Positions 10,550 to 24,350 are shown, counted from the whole stretch's first letter. The stretch: DNA of 63,646 nucleotides, filler included, from Globobulimina sp. (GCA_003354225.1; 37 parts of 37 records of this genome joined end to end with filler, not necessarily neighbours in it); one strand, 5' to 3'. The notes: a model not told the origin generated them from the sequence alone. Numbers and translations are program-made.

Positions 10550-11968
10550 TTAGGTTTTGTTCAAAGCAGCAACTCGTTGGCTTGTGCCAAAATAACAAAA
10601 TAAAAACGCGCCAATTGTTTGCATTCCGAATGCAACGTAAAACAATATTCGCCATTGTTGAATACCGGGTGATTCGCCTAAAATATAACCACTAAATATA
10701 GGTGCCATAATTCCAGGTATTGTTGCAATTGAGTTTGCTATTCCGTATATAACACTGCTTAAAGTTGGCGATATTTCAACAAATACTGGCATCAAACCAC
10801 ATGCACCAAACCAAGATAAGCATATACTTAAATATAAAAACAATATTGTTACCATATTATTCGGTGCATAACTGCATAAAACCAACAATGTGCCAGGCAA
10901 TACAGTCGCAATTATTTGTGCTATTCGACGAACATTCCATCGCTTCCACCCATTTTGTATTAAATTATCAGCCAAAAAACCCGATGAAATGGCTGTTACC
11001 GTTTTCAATATGCAGGGTAACATTGTAATGTATGCAGAAGTGGACAAATCATATTTTAATTCTTTGTTAATAAAAGTTGGAAGCATTGTTAATATAAAAT
11101 ACGTGCTCCAATTTGCGCAAAACATGGCCGCATATAAAGAGCATGCAACAGGATGAGTCAATAAGGACTGCCATGGATATATCAGCTGATGTTCTGATGT
11201 CAGTGATTTGTCTTTGATTAATAATTTGTCCTTTGATAAGGTCAATAATTCATTGTTTTTAATGAATGGATCAGTTTCTGGTGAATCATATAGCAAATGA
11301 TACCACAATACACTAAACAGAATGGACAGTACTGCAAATATATAAAATGTATATTTCCATCCAAATAATTGAGATTCGATCAGCATCGGACATAGAAACA
11401 ATGTGAAAGCAGTGCCTATGGCAGCTCCCGCAGAATTCAATGAGACAAAGCGTGATCTCTCAGTGTCAATGGTCCAATTATTTAATAAGAAATAAGATGA
11501 TGGATAGGCCACAGATTCCGATAATCCAATTACTATTCGCATCAAACATAACACGTAAAAATCTGCTTTGTATTCACATATTGAATTGGAATCAAATAAA
11601 ATATCTTTTATGTCACCAATTTGTTGATAATGACCATCCATAAATGCCCAGCCATTTGCGATGGATTCATCACATTTGCAATTTATTTTCGCTTCGGGTG
11701 GCTCAGAAACGCCTTGCTCAGAATTATAAGATATCATTGATGGTAATAAGAGAGTTAAAATGGAGGTTATAAACAACCCACTGCCATATACTAATTTTGC
11801 CCCATATTTGTCAGATAACAATCCGGAGGGAATATTACCAATAAAGTATCCAACAAAGAAAGAACTTAATGCATAACCTTGCAACTTATTTGACCATCTG
11901 TATTTGCATGATATCGGTTCAATGGATACTGATAAATTTGCGCGCATTGTGTAAATAAAAAATGATCC
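10550..11968 (-). CDS. MFS anion:cation symporter (SLC17/sialin-like), 5' partial
   Basis: YTMRANLSVSI, QGYALSSFFVGY, GLLSDKYGAK, WTIDTERSR, GIANSIATIPG; about 12 TM segments. Confidence 0.9.
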   Translation of the reverse strand, partial: GSFFIYTMRANLSVSIEPISCKYRWSNKLQGYALSSFFVGYFIGNIPSGLLSDKYGAKLVYGSGLFITSILTLLLPSMISYNSEQGVSEPPEAKINCKCDESIANGWAFMDGHYQQIGDIKDILFDSNSICEYKADFYVLCLMRIVIGLSESVAYPSSYFLLNNWTIDTERSRFVSLNSAGAAIGTAFTLFLCPMLIESQLFGWKYTFYIFAVLSILFSVLWYHLLYDSPETDPFIKNNELLTLSKDKLLIKDKSLTSEHQLIYPWQSLLTHPVACSLYAAMFCANWSTYFILTMLPTFINKELKYDLSTSAYITMLPCILKTVTAISSGFLADNLIQNGWKRWNVRRIAQIIATVLPGTLLVLCSYAPNNMVTILFLYLSICLSWFGACGLMPVFVEISPTLSSVIYGIANSIATIPGIMAPIFSGYILGESPGIQQWRILFYVAFGMQTIGAFLFCYFGTSQRVAALNKT

Positions 11969-12266
11969 NNNNNNNNNNNNNNNNNNNNNNNNNNNNNNNN
12001 NNNNNNNNNNNNTTAATTAATTAANNNNNNNNNNNNNNNNNNNNNNNNNNNNNNNNNNNNNNNNNNNNTTTTGCCTTTTGCCCCTTTTTCGTTTTTCGCT
12101 TTCTCGGAAGAGAGCCAATTGGTTGTAACCTTTTGCTGACATCAGGTTGAGATTGGGTTTGAATAATCGAGTGCGCAACGTGAGTGTGTGTGTGTGTTGT
12201 GGCTATTGATCAAAAACCTAACTCAACTTGAAAAGCAAAAATAAACTTGCTTGATTATTTAATACA

Positions 12267-13361
12267 ATGTCATCAACAGAGCAAATAAATGCAAAAAAAG
12301 AATTAATTTATAGAACATTATTAGAATTACAAGCAATGAAAATAAAAATCAATGATTATTTGGATGAAGTAAATAAAAAATTTGAAAATGAGTCAAAAGA
12401 TGAGGAGAAAAAGCAACAAAATATTAAACAAAATAAAATAACGAAAATATCATTATTAGTGAATGTTGATACGAATAAAGATAATAAAGCGTTGCCATCG
12501 TGGTGTGATAAAGGACATGACTTAAAGTGTAGTCATAACATAAAATGGAATAAGGATCAATGTGATGGATGCAGTTCAAACAAAGGAGACGTTTTTATAT
12601 GTTTACTATGCTCAAATTATGATAAAGTATTTAATTCAGATAAATTTGTTCAAACAAACTCAAAATATTTATGGTGTTCAAAATGTGCCAATAAAACCAA
12701 TCCAAAAAATGTCAAAACAGAGATTTTCCGAAATAATGCAATAAGAAAAAGAGTGATCCATTCAACACAAATCAGCATTGATTTATTAACGGGATTACAA
12801 AATAAAAAATCATTAAATTATTTATTAAATGAAATCTCAATTAACAGCAATAAAGATCGTTATTCATTGTATTTATTCAACATCGATGGGTTTAACTCAT
12901 TGAAGTTTTTAAATGAAAGTTTATTGTCTGATGATAAAATATTAAAAGACATTGGTAAAACTTTAAATAATTTTGAACAAAAAACAGAAACTTATTTTTG
13001 TGATAAAAAACTAGGAATTAAACGTTGTTGGTGTTTCCGTCTCGGCTGTGATGAATTCGCCGTTGTGACTCTGGCAACGAGCTGTTTAATATAGAAACAA
13101 GAACCATTTTATTTGTTATTCAACCAAGAAATCCAAAAATTGGCCATTACAATATCCGTTGGGATGTGTTGTATGGGACTTGGTTTTGCGTATTCTTCTC
13201 AAAATATCAATGCAGCACAAGATTGGTTGTTATTTGCAGATAACGCATTGGATGAAGCTAAAAATTTTAAGTCAGGGAAAAATGGATTGCGAATTTATGA
13301 TAATAAACAAAAGAAAAATGTTAAAGGATTTACTGATTATCTTGTTAGTGATGGGTGGTAA
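12267..13361 (+). CDS. Coiled-coil + ZZ-like Zn finger + GGDEF-family domain protein, with an in-frame TAG at 13092-13094
   Basis: DLLTGLQNKK, LYLFNIDGF, DKILKDIG, FRLGCDEFAV, then in the same frame after TAG: ITISVGM, ADNALDEAK..GKN. N-terminal WCDKGHDL..CDGC..CLLC..CSKC. Confidence 0.8.
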
Positions 13362-13792
13362 TATACAAAGTTCGATCAAGTGTTATATGCATTTTTCTGT
13401 GTTGTGAGTGTGCGTACTGAAAGTTTTTAAATTTGAAAAATTCCAGTAACAAAAACAACATTGATTTCTTAGTATTTGAAGTCACTCTCAAATCTCATTC
13501 TGATAAACTCAATCATGCAGTTACAATTATTAATGGTATTTGCAAGTATATGTATGCATATATCGATGAGTGCGACTTATATCGATTCCGAATGGTGGGG
13601 AAAACAATTTAAAAATCGCATATCCGATTCCAAATTAAAATATCAAACAACTGTTACATTTTGTAACAATACAATTGGATCGTTAATTATTCNNNNNNNN
13701 NNNNNNNNNNNNNNNNNNNNNNNNNNNNNNNNNNNNTTAATTAATTAANNNNNNNNNNNNNNNNNNNNNNNNNNNNNNNNNNNNNNNNNNNN

Positions 13793-14462
13793 TTTCCATC
13801 ATTTTCTGAAAATATTTGAGTGCTAAGGAGGTTAACTCGGATACTTTTTGAATTGTATTCGTTTCAAATTTGTCTTTAAGCATTAAAATATCGGACAAAG
13901 CTTCGCCAAAATCATTGATTTCAAACTTTTGCGAGTCGTGGATGGAAGTCATAAATTTCTCGGCAAAGCCTTTAATTTCTTCTCGGATTAATCCAATTTT
14001 ATTCCCAGACGCGCTTAAAATGGAGGTTAGTTCATTGAAATTGGATTGATATCCATCGTTTTTATTTTTTGTGATTAATTTAATATTTAATTTATTATTA
14101 TTGTTGTTGTTGTTATTCCGATTACTAACTAATTGTTGCAATGTCTGTGAGGTTTTGGATCCGGCACAAATATAAATATCTCGATGCGTGATAATAATAA
14201 TTGTGGATAATAATTCATAGCCAAATAACCAGATATGTATAGAATTATTTCTTTTATAACCGGCATCGTCCGATTTGCCACATAGTATTACAATGGAGTT
14301 TGCGGCATGCCATCCGGGATAGGGATTTATCGTACTTTGTTTTGTTTTCTTTCGGCAAAATTCTAAATGACGTTGCCAATGTCCATGTAATATTCCTAAT
14401 CTCTGCCAAAATCGATCTACGTTGATTTCGTAAGGCGAGCTTGTCTGTTGCGCTGAAGACAT
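13793..14462 (-). CDS. SPT16: FACT complex subunit Spt16, N-terminal domain, 3' partial
   Basis: INVDRFWQRL, YKRNNSIHIWLFGYEL, LSDILMLKDKFE. Confidence 0.88.
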
Positions 14463-14515
14463 TATTGTTCAAAGTATGAGTAAAGTAAAAAACTTAGTTT
14501 AGCATTTTTGGCACA

Positions 14516-15416
14516 ATGCAAGTAAGGATTGGTTTCTCTCCAAATGCTGATGAGTTGTTTAGCAAACCAGAAAATGGGGAAAGTAAAAAACCAAGACAGT
14601 GGGATGGAATGTGGCTAGATACAGGTTTTTATATTAAATAATATGTTGAAATATTTTATTGCCCACTTATATTATTTATAGATCCAACATATGTGCATAA
14701 ATGGTACGATTCTATCAAAGAGTTTACGTTTCCAACAGAAATAATTAAGTTAACATTGGATGAAGCAAACGCAATAAAATTTATGTGTCAACATTATCAT
14801 ATTTATAAAAATAGCACAGTAACACCAGAAAGTGAGAAAATATCTGAAGGTGTTATTGCAAATTATGACCTCTACAAATTATATAACGACAATTCATATA
14901 ATTATGGCGAACAATTTAATTGGAAAAGAGTTGTAGCGGAAAAATATCTAAATCCAATGCTATCATTGGAAAAAAAGATTGATGCTATCATGAATAGAAT
15001 GAATTGGAAGGATGGCATATTTATTGGATTACATACGCATTCACCCAAAGATGCTGCGATGCATTCTATTAATACATACAAGCTATTTTATGAGGAATTG
15101 AAATTATGGGATAAAATAAATAGATTTAATGAGGATATGACAGAAGAAGAAGCAGATTGTAAAAGTAAAAACAATTTATATTTAAAAGATATTCAAATAT
15201 GTCAAGCGTATTATAGATCAGCCACAAAGTCATTGGGATATAAGAATGGCTTTGCAGCGTTGGATACGTTTTGTAGAAGTTATGAGAAAATATTTTATGA
15301 TATAAACCTATCGATGTTAAAACAAGACGAAGAAAATGTGAAATTGTATTTAATTTTAAGAAAATGGGAAAAAGAGTTGGATCCAATATGGGAGTTCCGA
15401 CTGGTTGTACAAAATA
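14516..15416 (+). CDS. Cdc123/D123-like ATP-grasp protein, intron 14625..14681, 3' partial
   Basis: WYDSIKEFTFPT, HSPKDA, LILRKW...WEFRLVV motifs. The intron joins an upstream ATG exon in frame. Confidence 0.7.
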
Positions 15417-15591
15417 NNNNNNNNNNNNNNNNNNNNNNNNNNNNNNNNNNNNNNNNNNNNTTAATTAATTAANNNNNNNNNNNNNNNNNNNNNNNNNNNN
15501 NNNNNNNNNNNNNNNNGGTTTTGTTCGTAAGTGATGCGTTGCCATGGTCATACAACTCAGGAAACGCAAAAACCATACAACCTAAATTACA

Positions 15592-16917
15592 ATGTTTACT
15601 TCTAAACCTAAATTGTTTGCTTCTATTATGGTGGTAGCGATTGCTATAGGCTTAGCAGCAATAACTAAAGCACCCGAAAGCTGGTTTTATACAGATTTTA
15701 AATCAACACCACGTCCTCAAGGTGGTGCAGCAGCGATACAGGATCCAGATCCAGAAAAGGATGGTATTCAAAAAGAAACGGTAAAATTTTCATGTAGGAC
15801 AAATTCAACAGTGTCAATACAAGAGATGTGGCGGTGTCATGCTTGGCTATATACACCAATGAAACAGTTATCATTACAGAATAAAAATAACCAATTCCCC
15901 GCCATCATAATGGCGCATGGTCTTGGTTCTACGAAGGATATGGGTTTACATAAATTTGCAAGACACTTTGCAAAAAACGGTTTCATAGTCTTACTGTTCG
16001 ATTATTTACATTTTGGTTTATCTGATGGTTATCCACGACGTGTGTTATAACGTTAACTCATGCATAGATATAAAATAATATCACTTTTTTCATGATATGA
16101 TATTTATTGACAGTGACATTATTGGTATACATCACGTTGGTTACTGTCAATAAATACCATATCATGATATGTCACAATAACAGATGAAATAAACCCATTT
16201 CAACACGTAAGAGATTATGAATCAGCCATACAATATGTGCAAAGAAATGAGAATGTCGATGGTAGACGTATTGGATTATGGGGTACTTCATACGCTGGCG
16301 GGCATGTTTTGGTAACCGCAGCAAAGCAGAACGTAAATATCAAAGCAGTCATATCACAAATGCCATTTTTAGGGCCAACACCTGGAGAGAATGCATTCGA
16401 TGAAATATTAAAAAGAGGGATTGATAATGTGGTCAAAGCAATTTTTGGTGCTTTCTCGTCCAAAGTAAGACGCCAATTAGGAATGACTCCATTGTATGCT
16501 CGTTTATATGGCCATGTTGGTGATAGCGGTAAATTGGCACTTAATTATTGGGAAAAGTTTGACGGTGATGAGAAACAATGGTTGCAAAAACATCCAAAAA
16601 ACAGGGAAAACGATTGGAGGAATACTGTGATGATTGAGAGTATGATGGCGATGATTAAATATAAACCAATACAATATATTGATAAAATTGATACGCAAAA
16701 AACAAAAGTTTTGCTTATTAAAGCAAAGATGGATAAATTATGTCCAAATAATAGAGTGGATTATGTGATTGAAAAATTACAGTGTGAATCACATATGGTC
16801 GACAGTACACATTTTGGAATGTATGATGGTGAAGCCTTTAATCAACATATTGAAGTTCAAATTGATTTCTTTAAAAAGAATTTAAAACATAAAAATACAT
16901 TGAAGGTTCTTGATTAA
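15592..16917 (+). CDS. Alpha/beta hydrolase (S15/FrsA-like), intron 16040..16183
   Basis: IIMAHGLG, FDYLHFGLSDGYPR|HEINP, RIGLWGTSYAGGH nucleophile elbow, candidate Asp (DKLC) and His (THF); N-terminal hydrophobic anchor. Confidence 0.88.
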
Positions 16918-17022
16918 ATAAAAATAAATTTGAAATTGTGCGCCGTGGAAACATCCGATGCATTTTAGTGTTGATTTTAGATGCTTACATTTTATTTTAT
17001 AAAAAAACGTATCGACAAAAAC

Positions 17023-17140
17023 AATTGACTAGTGCTAACTAACTTTTTTCTAAGTACTAATACTTAAAACTTCGAAAAGCACTTAGTGAATTGCATGCAA
17101 GGAGCGTGGATTAATTAAAAGTACTCATTCCACTCCTCCC
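17023..17140 (+). repeat. Dispersed ~120-bp repeat, copy 1
   Basis: Aligns to the reverse complement of 32760..32885, sharing AATTGACTAGTGC, AATACTTAAAACT and GGAGCGTGGATT-ATTAAAAGTACTC. Confidence 0.8.
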
Positions 17141-17411
17141 NNNNNNNNNNNNNNNNNNNNNNNNNNNNNNNNNNNNNNNNNNNNTTAATTAATTAANNNN
17201 NNNNNNNNNNNNNNNNNNNNNNNNNNNNNNNNNNNNNNNNGAATTATCCAGGAATAGTGACGAAAAACTAGCATATTTTGTAAATTGGGCAGGAATATTC
17301 TCATTCTCATTGATCATAATTGTACATTTTGTGTCGGTGGTTGCCTCTGCAGAAGGAAAAGAAGATAAAAAAAAATCAGAATAAATAAAACACATCACAC
17401 AAAAAAACAAA

Positions 17412-18350
17412 ATGTCGCAACCAACAAACAGCCCGATTCAACAAAACGAACATAAAACCAACACAAAGACAGCCATCCCATCAACACACAAATGCCATAA
17501 ATGTGCATCATTAATATCTAATAACTCAAACAACTCAAATATAGCTAATCCGGCTCAAATGCCCAAGCAATGTGTCTACGTCGACTGTTCCTTACGAAGT
17601 AAGAATTTATTCGAATGTGCGCGATGCAGTGAATTATCATTGTGCCGCAATTGCAATATGATTTTGTGCAAATTATGTCGCATAAATCTAAAAGTATTAG
17701 CTTGCGCATATTGTAATTCATATATATGTTCACAGCAATGTTACGCCTCATTGTTAAAGAAATATTTCCAATGTTTGGAGAATTTTGGTATTTCAATCCA
17801 TGCGCACGAATCCATGCATTTTTTCAGAAAGTTACTGCTTCCGCCACATTTACATGCGGCCATAGCCAATATCAGCGATGATAATTTGCCCTTTCATGTT
17901 TGCGAGAATTGCAAAGCACAGAATTGTGGCTGCATCGATTGGTTATCTTGCGTGAACTGCAGGAAATATTATTGTGTCGATTGTGGTATGTTATGTTATG
18001 TTTTGTGTACGTTGAAATTTCGCGAATTTTCTTTGTTTTTGGATGCGTGAACAGAGGATAATGTGCTTAAGAAATGTGGATTGGAAGATTGTCAAAGTTA
18101 TACATGTTGTTATAAAAAGGAATGGAACGCAAAATGTGATTATTGCAATAGAATGGGTGGAATGAATAGCTCTGGAAATTGTGGATTGATATTTTGTACA
18201 AAAGGACATTGCAACAGACATATTATTATAAATAGAGAAATTACCTATGATGAAATAAATAATCCAAACAAAGATCATCATGATATGAAAGATAATGATC
18301 AAGATATCGATGCTGATGCTAATAATAATGACAATGATGATATTTTTTAA
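17412..18350 (+). CDS. Cys-rich multi-CxxC (zinc-binding) protein, intron 17986..18054
   Basis: Many CxxC pairs. GTATGT...AACAG intron joins the two track ORFs in frame. Confidence 0.7.
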
Positions 18351-18964
18351 CTTCATTGCATTGTTTTTTCTTTTTTTTGCTTGCATTTGCATTAAATTAA
18401 AGGCTACGACAACAAAAATATAAATCGCATATTCATTGAACGCTTTGTTTCCATCACCATTGATTTCTTAGTGTTTTGAAGACTCAATACTCAATATATG
18501 TTGATGCCATTTACAAAGACTTGAACAATAAATTAAAATGAACTCGATCATATAATGCAATTTTAATTAAAAAATGACCGGTCATTTAATATGTATCAAA
18601 AATACCAATCCGACATTATTTAATGATTTCGCTTACAACAAACAGCACGCCAAACAAAAAAAAAAAGGTGCCCATCCTACAATAAGCACCCATACGATTG
18701 GGATATATGTAACTATGTTAAATGCCAAAGTTGCTGGTGCTGATTCAGTTCATTTATCATGGCATGTAGTCGAGCCAAGGGGAAAGACCTTCTTTATTTA
18801 CAGGAGTAACGAACTCTTAGCTTCAATTGAAAAAATTAAAAAAGCAAAGAATATTGCAATTATANNNNNNNNNNNNNNNNNNNNNNNNNNNNNNNNNNNN
18901 NNNNNNNNTTAATTAATTAANNNNNNNNNNNNNNNNNNNNNNNNNNNNNNNNNNNNNNNNNNNN

Positions 18965-19960
18965 TTTTAGTGGGCGATTTTGATGGATTGGGGGTCTCCT
19001 CAGGTTTTGTGGGGCTGCGTGTAGGCAATGTGGTAGGTGCAGGCGTGGGTGATTTAGTTGGCGATGAGGTAATGTCAGTGGGGGTTGGTGTAGGTATTGA
19101 TGTTGGTGCCGGTGTAGGGGATGTGGATGGGATGTAAGTAGGTGAAGGTGTAGGAAATAGAGTGGGTGATGGAGTGGGTGAAGGTGTAGGAGATGGAGTG
19201 GGCGAATCTGTAGGAAATACCACAATACCTATACAGCCATAGGATTCTGCACAGCCACCTGGATCTTCCTGTATATATAATATATGTTTTTTATACGCAA
19301 AATCGCAAAAGTCTGTGCTATATGTACCTGTATGCAATTGCTTTCGCCTTCGTAACAGTTTAGTTCATTGATGTAAGTTTCTACACATAACAGGCCGCAG
19401 GGAAGTGTACAACCGCAACATGCATAGGCATTGTCACAGTGATGTGTGCATGTTCCGATCGTATAGCAATCTAAACTGACACCAATACATGTATAGTAAC
19501 CACCATTATCGACGCAATTGATGTCGCAAGTTGATATCCCGTCATTGTGACATGCCATACGGACATTATCAGTGTAGGAGCCTTGTGATGTTAAGGCTGC
19601 GGAGATCTTATCATTTGGATTGTTGCCATAGACTTCAACGGTTAAATAGTCGCATGAATCGTATCCATCGCAGAGGATAGTTATATCTCTATATGATACG
19701 ACGTGTGTATTTGCACAACTTGATTGTCCATAACAATTTATATTGCATGTACCATGTAAATAATCGTCGGTACATGTAATGGTGCTTCCAGCACATGAAT
19801 TGGCTGCATTGCAATTAAAATAGCATGCTGATGATGAGGTAGAACATGTCAATTGCTGATTTGAACATGATGATCCTGAGTTACAGTCCCGAGTATAGGT
19901 TGTATATAGTTCTGGGAATATACAGATCCAATATAGTAATTTTACAAGCTCCGCTGCCAT
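18965..19960 (-). CDS. Secreted Cys-rich protein with PT/SPT mucin-like stalk, intron 19327..19269, 3' partial
   Basis: Hydrophobic N-terminus, repeated C-x-G-x-x-S-C units, then (PTPS)n. Phase-0 intron gives CIQ|EDPGG. Confidence 0.75.
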
Positions 19961-20688
19961 TGATTTTATTCAAAAAAAAACCCTACTACGTTTTTGACGA
20001 TCCACAAACACCCAAAAAAATAATATAATGGCGGAACCTAAGACAGCACCTGAAGCCGAAATTAAAAGTAATTGCATTATCATCGAGATTCGGGACTTCT
20101 TTAAACACCACAGAAACCAGATGGCATTAAGGCGCATATAAATTACAACAAGAGTATGACGCAGAGGAAAAATATGGTAAAGAGTATAGATTTTCAGAAC
20201 AAAAACCAACAGTTTAATACCATCGATTTTATTTTCGTTACAAATGAAGAAATTTAATGTCATAATGAAGAAATTTAATGGTAAGATCATAGTAAAATTT
20301 GATGAAGTTTGGTTTGCATCTGAAATGTATACAACTATACAAAACGCCAACAAGATAAAGGTATACAGGGTGGATAGCATTGTTAAACTGAATGAACGAT
20401 GATACTGAATTAGTGACTTTGCTTTCGATTCAACGATATATTCCACAAACCGTTTCTGGATCTGAAAAGCGTTTCTCAGATAATTGAATAAAATGTATAC
20501 AACTTATCGACCAGGGGGGGGGTTATCTTTTGGAATATATCGTTCAGTTAAATGCACGAATTCTATACACTAAGAACAATTCTTCAAANNNNNNNNNNNN
20601 NNNNNNNNNNNNNNNNNNNNNNNNNNNNNNNNTTAATTAATTAANNNNNNNNNNNNNNNNNNNNNNNNNNNNNNNNNNNNNNNNNNNN

Positions 20689-22312
20689 AAAAAACAATCA
20701 ATGCATTGTTCAGTTTCTTGTGCGTTGCTGTTACGCTGTGATGAAGCACCATTTTCACACTGTAATGAACAGGAAGAACATACGAATAATGATAAGTAAT
20801 CAGTGTGAATGTACTGTGATGTCAATGCGTATTCATTTGTTTCAAAGGAATAACTGTCGTTGATGCCATCTAATAAAATTGATAAATCCGTGACTGTCCA
20901 ATATGCATCTTCTACATTCATAACTGTGGTGCAGTCGCAATACCATCCATTACAAATGGATTGCGCTGATTCACTGTATTCATCATACAATGCTTTACGT
21001 ACTGCACCATTCATACAGTCGGGTAAGACATTGCCACCGCAAGTTATGCGATTACAATATCCATTATTGATATCAATATTATCTTGCTCCCATTTGCAAA
21101 AAATAGGCCAGGTATCCGGATAACTTATATAATTTGTTCCGTTTATGTCACCTTCACATTCGTGCTGTGTTTTAAATGCATAACAATCACTGTACACACA
21201 TTTGTTGTCATTTGTAGATTCGCATAAGATATTATTGTTGCATTCAACTGAATTTGAAGTCAATGTTGAACAATAATCGGTTGGTATTTCGCAGTAAAAC
21301 CCTTCAAAATGTGGATCGGAACAACCATTGATATTACATCGCTGAGAGGATGAGTTTGATGAATTGTATGAAGTATAATCGCATTGAGATGAAAAACATT
21401 TTGGTTTAATATCTCCAGACGCGATACTGGAACCACATTCATTTTGGCTCCCATCGCATTTGGCAAACTCCCAGTTGTCGCACACTGAAAATTGGCAGGA
21501 ATATCCACTCCATCCATCATCACAGACACAGTCAGTATTTGCACTGTTACATTGGCCATGGCCTGTTGAATTGCAATTATTTTCGCTGCATTGTATGGTC
21601 AATATATCAGATTCAATGTTATATATATTATTAAATCGAATTATTAGTTTATAATATCCAGTTTCAATGTCATTTGGAATTGTAAATGCAAAATCATTGC
21701 ACGAGATATCATTATAACATTCATCCGGAATATCACAAGTCGACCCATCATCAGATGCTAATGCGTTACCGACATAAAATGGGAAATCGTAATTTGGATC
21801 CAATGCATCACCGGTTATGGCATCCACTTGTAACATCCCAACAGCTACAAAGTGTATACTGCCGGTACTGTCCCATCGCACCGCAATATTACTGCCAATA
21901 TATAATTCATTCAAAGTATCCACATCATCAATGGGTGTTATTCTGGTTGCCGTTGCGCTGTCATATTCAGCTAATATGCTATCATTTGTATCAAAGCACG
22001 GATTTGCACGATTTTCAATAATATCACCACTGATTACATCCGTATATGTTAATGAGACAATACCCGTAAAGGTCAAAGACGGCTCAATATCGCAGAATTC
22101 GCCGGCATATCCACTGTCACAGTCGCAAATACCACGTTCAACATCGCAGTCGCCATTCTCACCACAAATACCTACAAAACTGCAAAAATTGCATACATGA
22201 TCATTACAAATGCGATAACCAATGGGTTTATCGCCTGAATCAATGCAATATGTATCATCTGCGATAGTGCCATCCTGCAACGTACAGTTCACGATTCACT
22301 GCTGTGTGACGG
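20689..22312 (-). CDS. Large extracellular EGF-repeat protein, internal fragment
   Basis: TSP1-like end (VNCTLQDG..C..KP..RICNDHVC) and EGF motifs CDCDSGYAGEFC, CVCDDGWSGYSC, FEGFYC. Open across the contig. Confidence 0.8.
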
Positions 22313-22412
22313 NNNNNNNNNNNNNNNNNNNNNNNNNNNNNNNNNNNNNNNNNNNNTTAATTAATTAANNNNNNNNNNNNNNNNNNNNNNNNNNNNNNNN
22401 NNNNNNNNNNNN

Positions 22413-23493
22413 GTAAAAAATATAAATCTGTTTTGAAAAAATTCATATGTTCACTCTGCAATAAATCGCACGCGACTTTAAAATGCAGAGTCAAAGGTTG
22501 TAGTGAATACTATCATCCTTTGTGTTTAATTGAGAAACACAGGAACTGTATGATTGAAAATAATGGCACTGTCGATGCTTTTCATTGCAAAGTATATCAT
22601 GTTTATTGTCCTCATCATGTACAATCGCATAAAGTTTGGTACTGTATACATTTCAAAACAAACCCATATACTTATCATTGTATACATAGCCTTGGAATCA
22701 TAACAAAGGGCACAAAAAAGGTAAATCGCGGGAGGTTGTGTTTGAAAGAAAAGCCCAAATTAATAGTAATTATAAGGCTGATTCAGGTGATCGTGATCGC
22801 GATATAGCAATGACAGAGACAGAAAACAACGACGCCGACAGTGATATTGTCATCCTTAACGGCAAGAAATTTGAATGTGAATCAGGTACAAATGTGGTCG
22901 CTCACCGTTCATCAGCAAATCAAGAAAACCCAGCAACGCCTCAGGCACAAATATTATCGACATTTATATCGCGCGATAGTGCCACACCGACGCCCTCCAT
23001 GCAAATGGATATAGCGAGCCAATGGACGGAAAGGTTGCAAAATGCATACATGTCGGACCGAGATAGTATTCATGGATTTAATCACCATTTGCCGCTGCGA
23101 GAATATTCGCCATTGACCATTGGGAATAATGTACCTCAAATGACTCCGAGTTCGATATATAATGAGAAAATATTTAATACCGAGAATACGCCGGATTGTG
23201 ACTTTAATTGTTATCCAAATTGGCATAATTTCTCTGCAGCGTTGAATGTAAATAATGGGTCAGAGAGCAACGTGGACGCGAACAACATGCAAAGTGAGGA
23301 AGCGAAGGTATCGAAAAGTGCGTCGTTGCCAACGGTTGGGACTGTATCTACAAATAGCACTTTTGCCACAATATCCTCACCACAAACAACTGTGTCTCAT
23401 TACAGTGCATCAAACTCGCCGCATAACGGTAACGGTGAACAATGCCAATTTAAAGATGTGATTGATATCGATGTCGATTTAACCGGTGAATAA
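22413..23493 (+). CDS. Extended-PHD (zf-HC5HC2H-like) protein, intron 22634..22689, 5' partial
   Basis: CSLC...LKCRVKGCSEYYHPLC...YCPHH. The phase-0 intron joins it to disordered ORF 22738..23493. Confidence 0.75.
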
Positions 23494-24350
23494 CATTTAT
23501 GATATATTCATATCATATTCATATACATGTGTACTATATTTATTTTATTTGACATTTTTTGACTTCTTACATGGTTTTGTGTCGGTTTAATTTGTCCATT
23601 TTGACCATTTCTATGTATATTGTGAATAATAAATATAAGATTATTGTATAAGTATTAACTTTTTATCCTTTCTTTTAATTTGTTTTAAATATTGTTGTCT
23701 TTCCCCCTATTTTCGTTATTCGACAGTGCATAAATGAATATGTATGAACTGTCGATCTACATTAAACTTATTAATATATTCAGGCATAATTTACCTAACA
23801 ATGTTATTAGGATCGGTCGGTTTGCAGCAATATGAACATGAAGCAATAACAGTTTTTTTTGTCACCAATTGGCTGTGTGGTAAATGTCAAACTGCTGTGA
23901 ATGTTGCTTCAGATTTATTTATTGCTAAAATATGTGATTAAATACTAAATATCATTTTAAATATTAAATATAAATAATAAATATAAATAATAAATGTTAA
24001 ACATAAATTCTAAATGTTAAATAATAAATTTTAAATNNNNNNNNNNNNNNNNNNNNNNNNNNNNNNNNNNNNNNNNNNNNTTAATTAATTAANNNNNNNN
24101 NNNNNNNNNNNNNNNNNNNNNNNNNNNNNNNNNNNNGACATAAAATGTACATTGTATACATTGAACATAAATAGTGTTGAATACTAGTAACATAAACCTT
24201 TTATTTTAAACATATGTAAACAAACATATTTTTACATAATTCACTCAATTTTTTGCAAACTCAAAAGAAAGTTATAACAAATTTCGTTGAAAAAATGCAC
24301 ACAAAACAGATAACGTTAAAAAAAAAGAAAAATAAAATTAGAAAGACATT

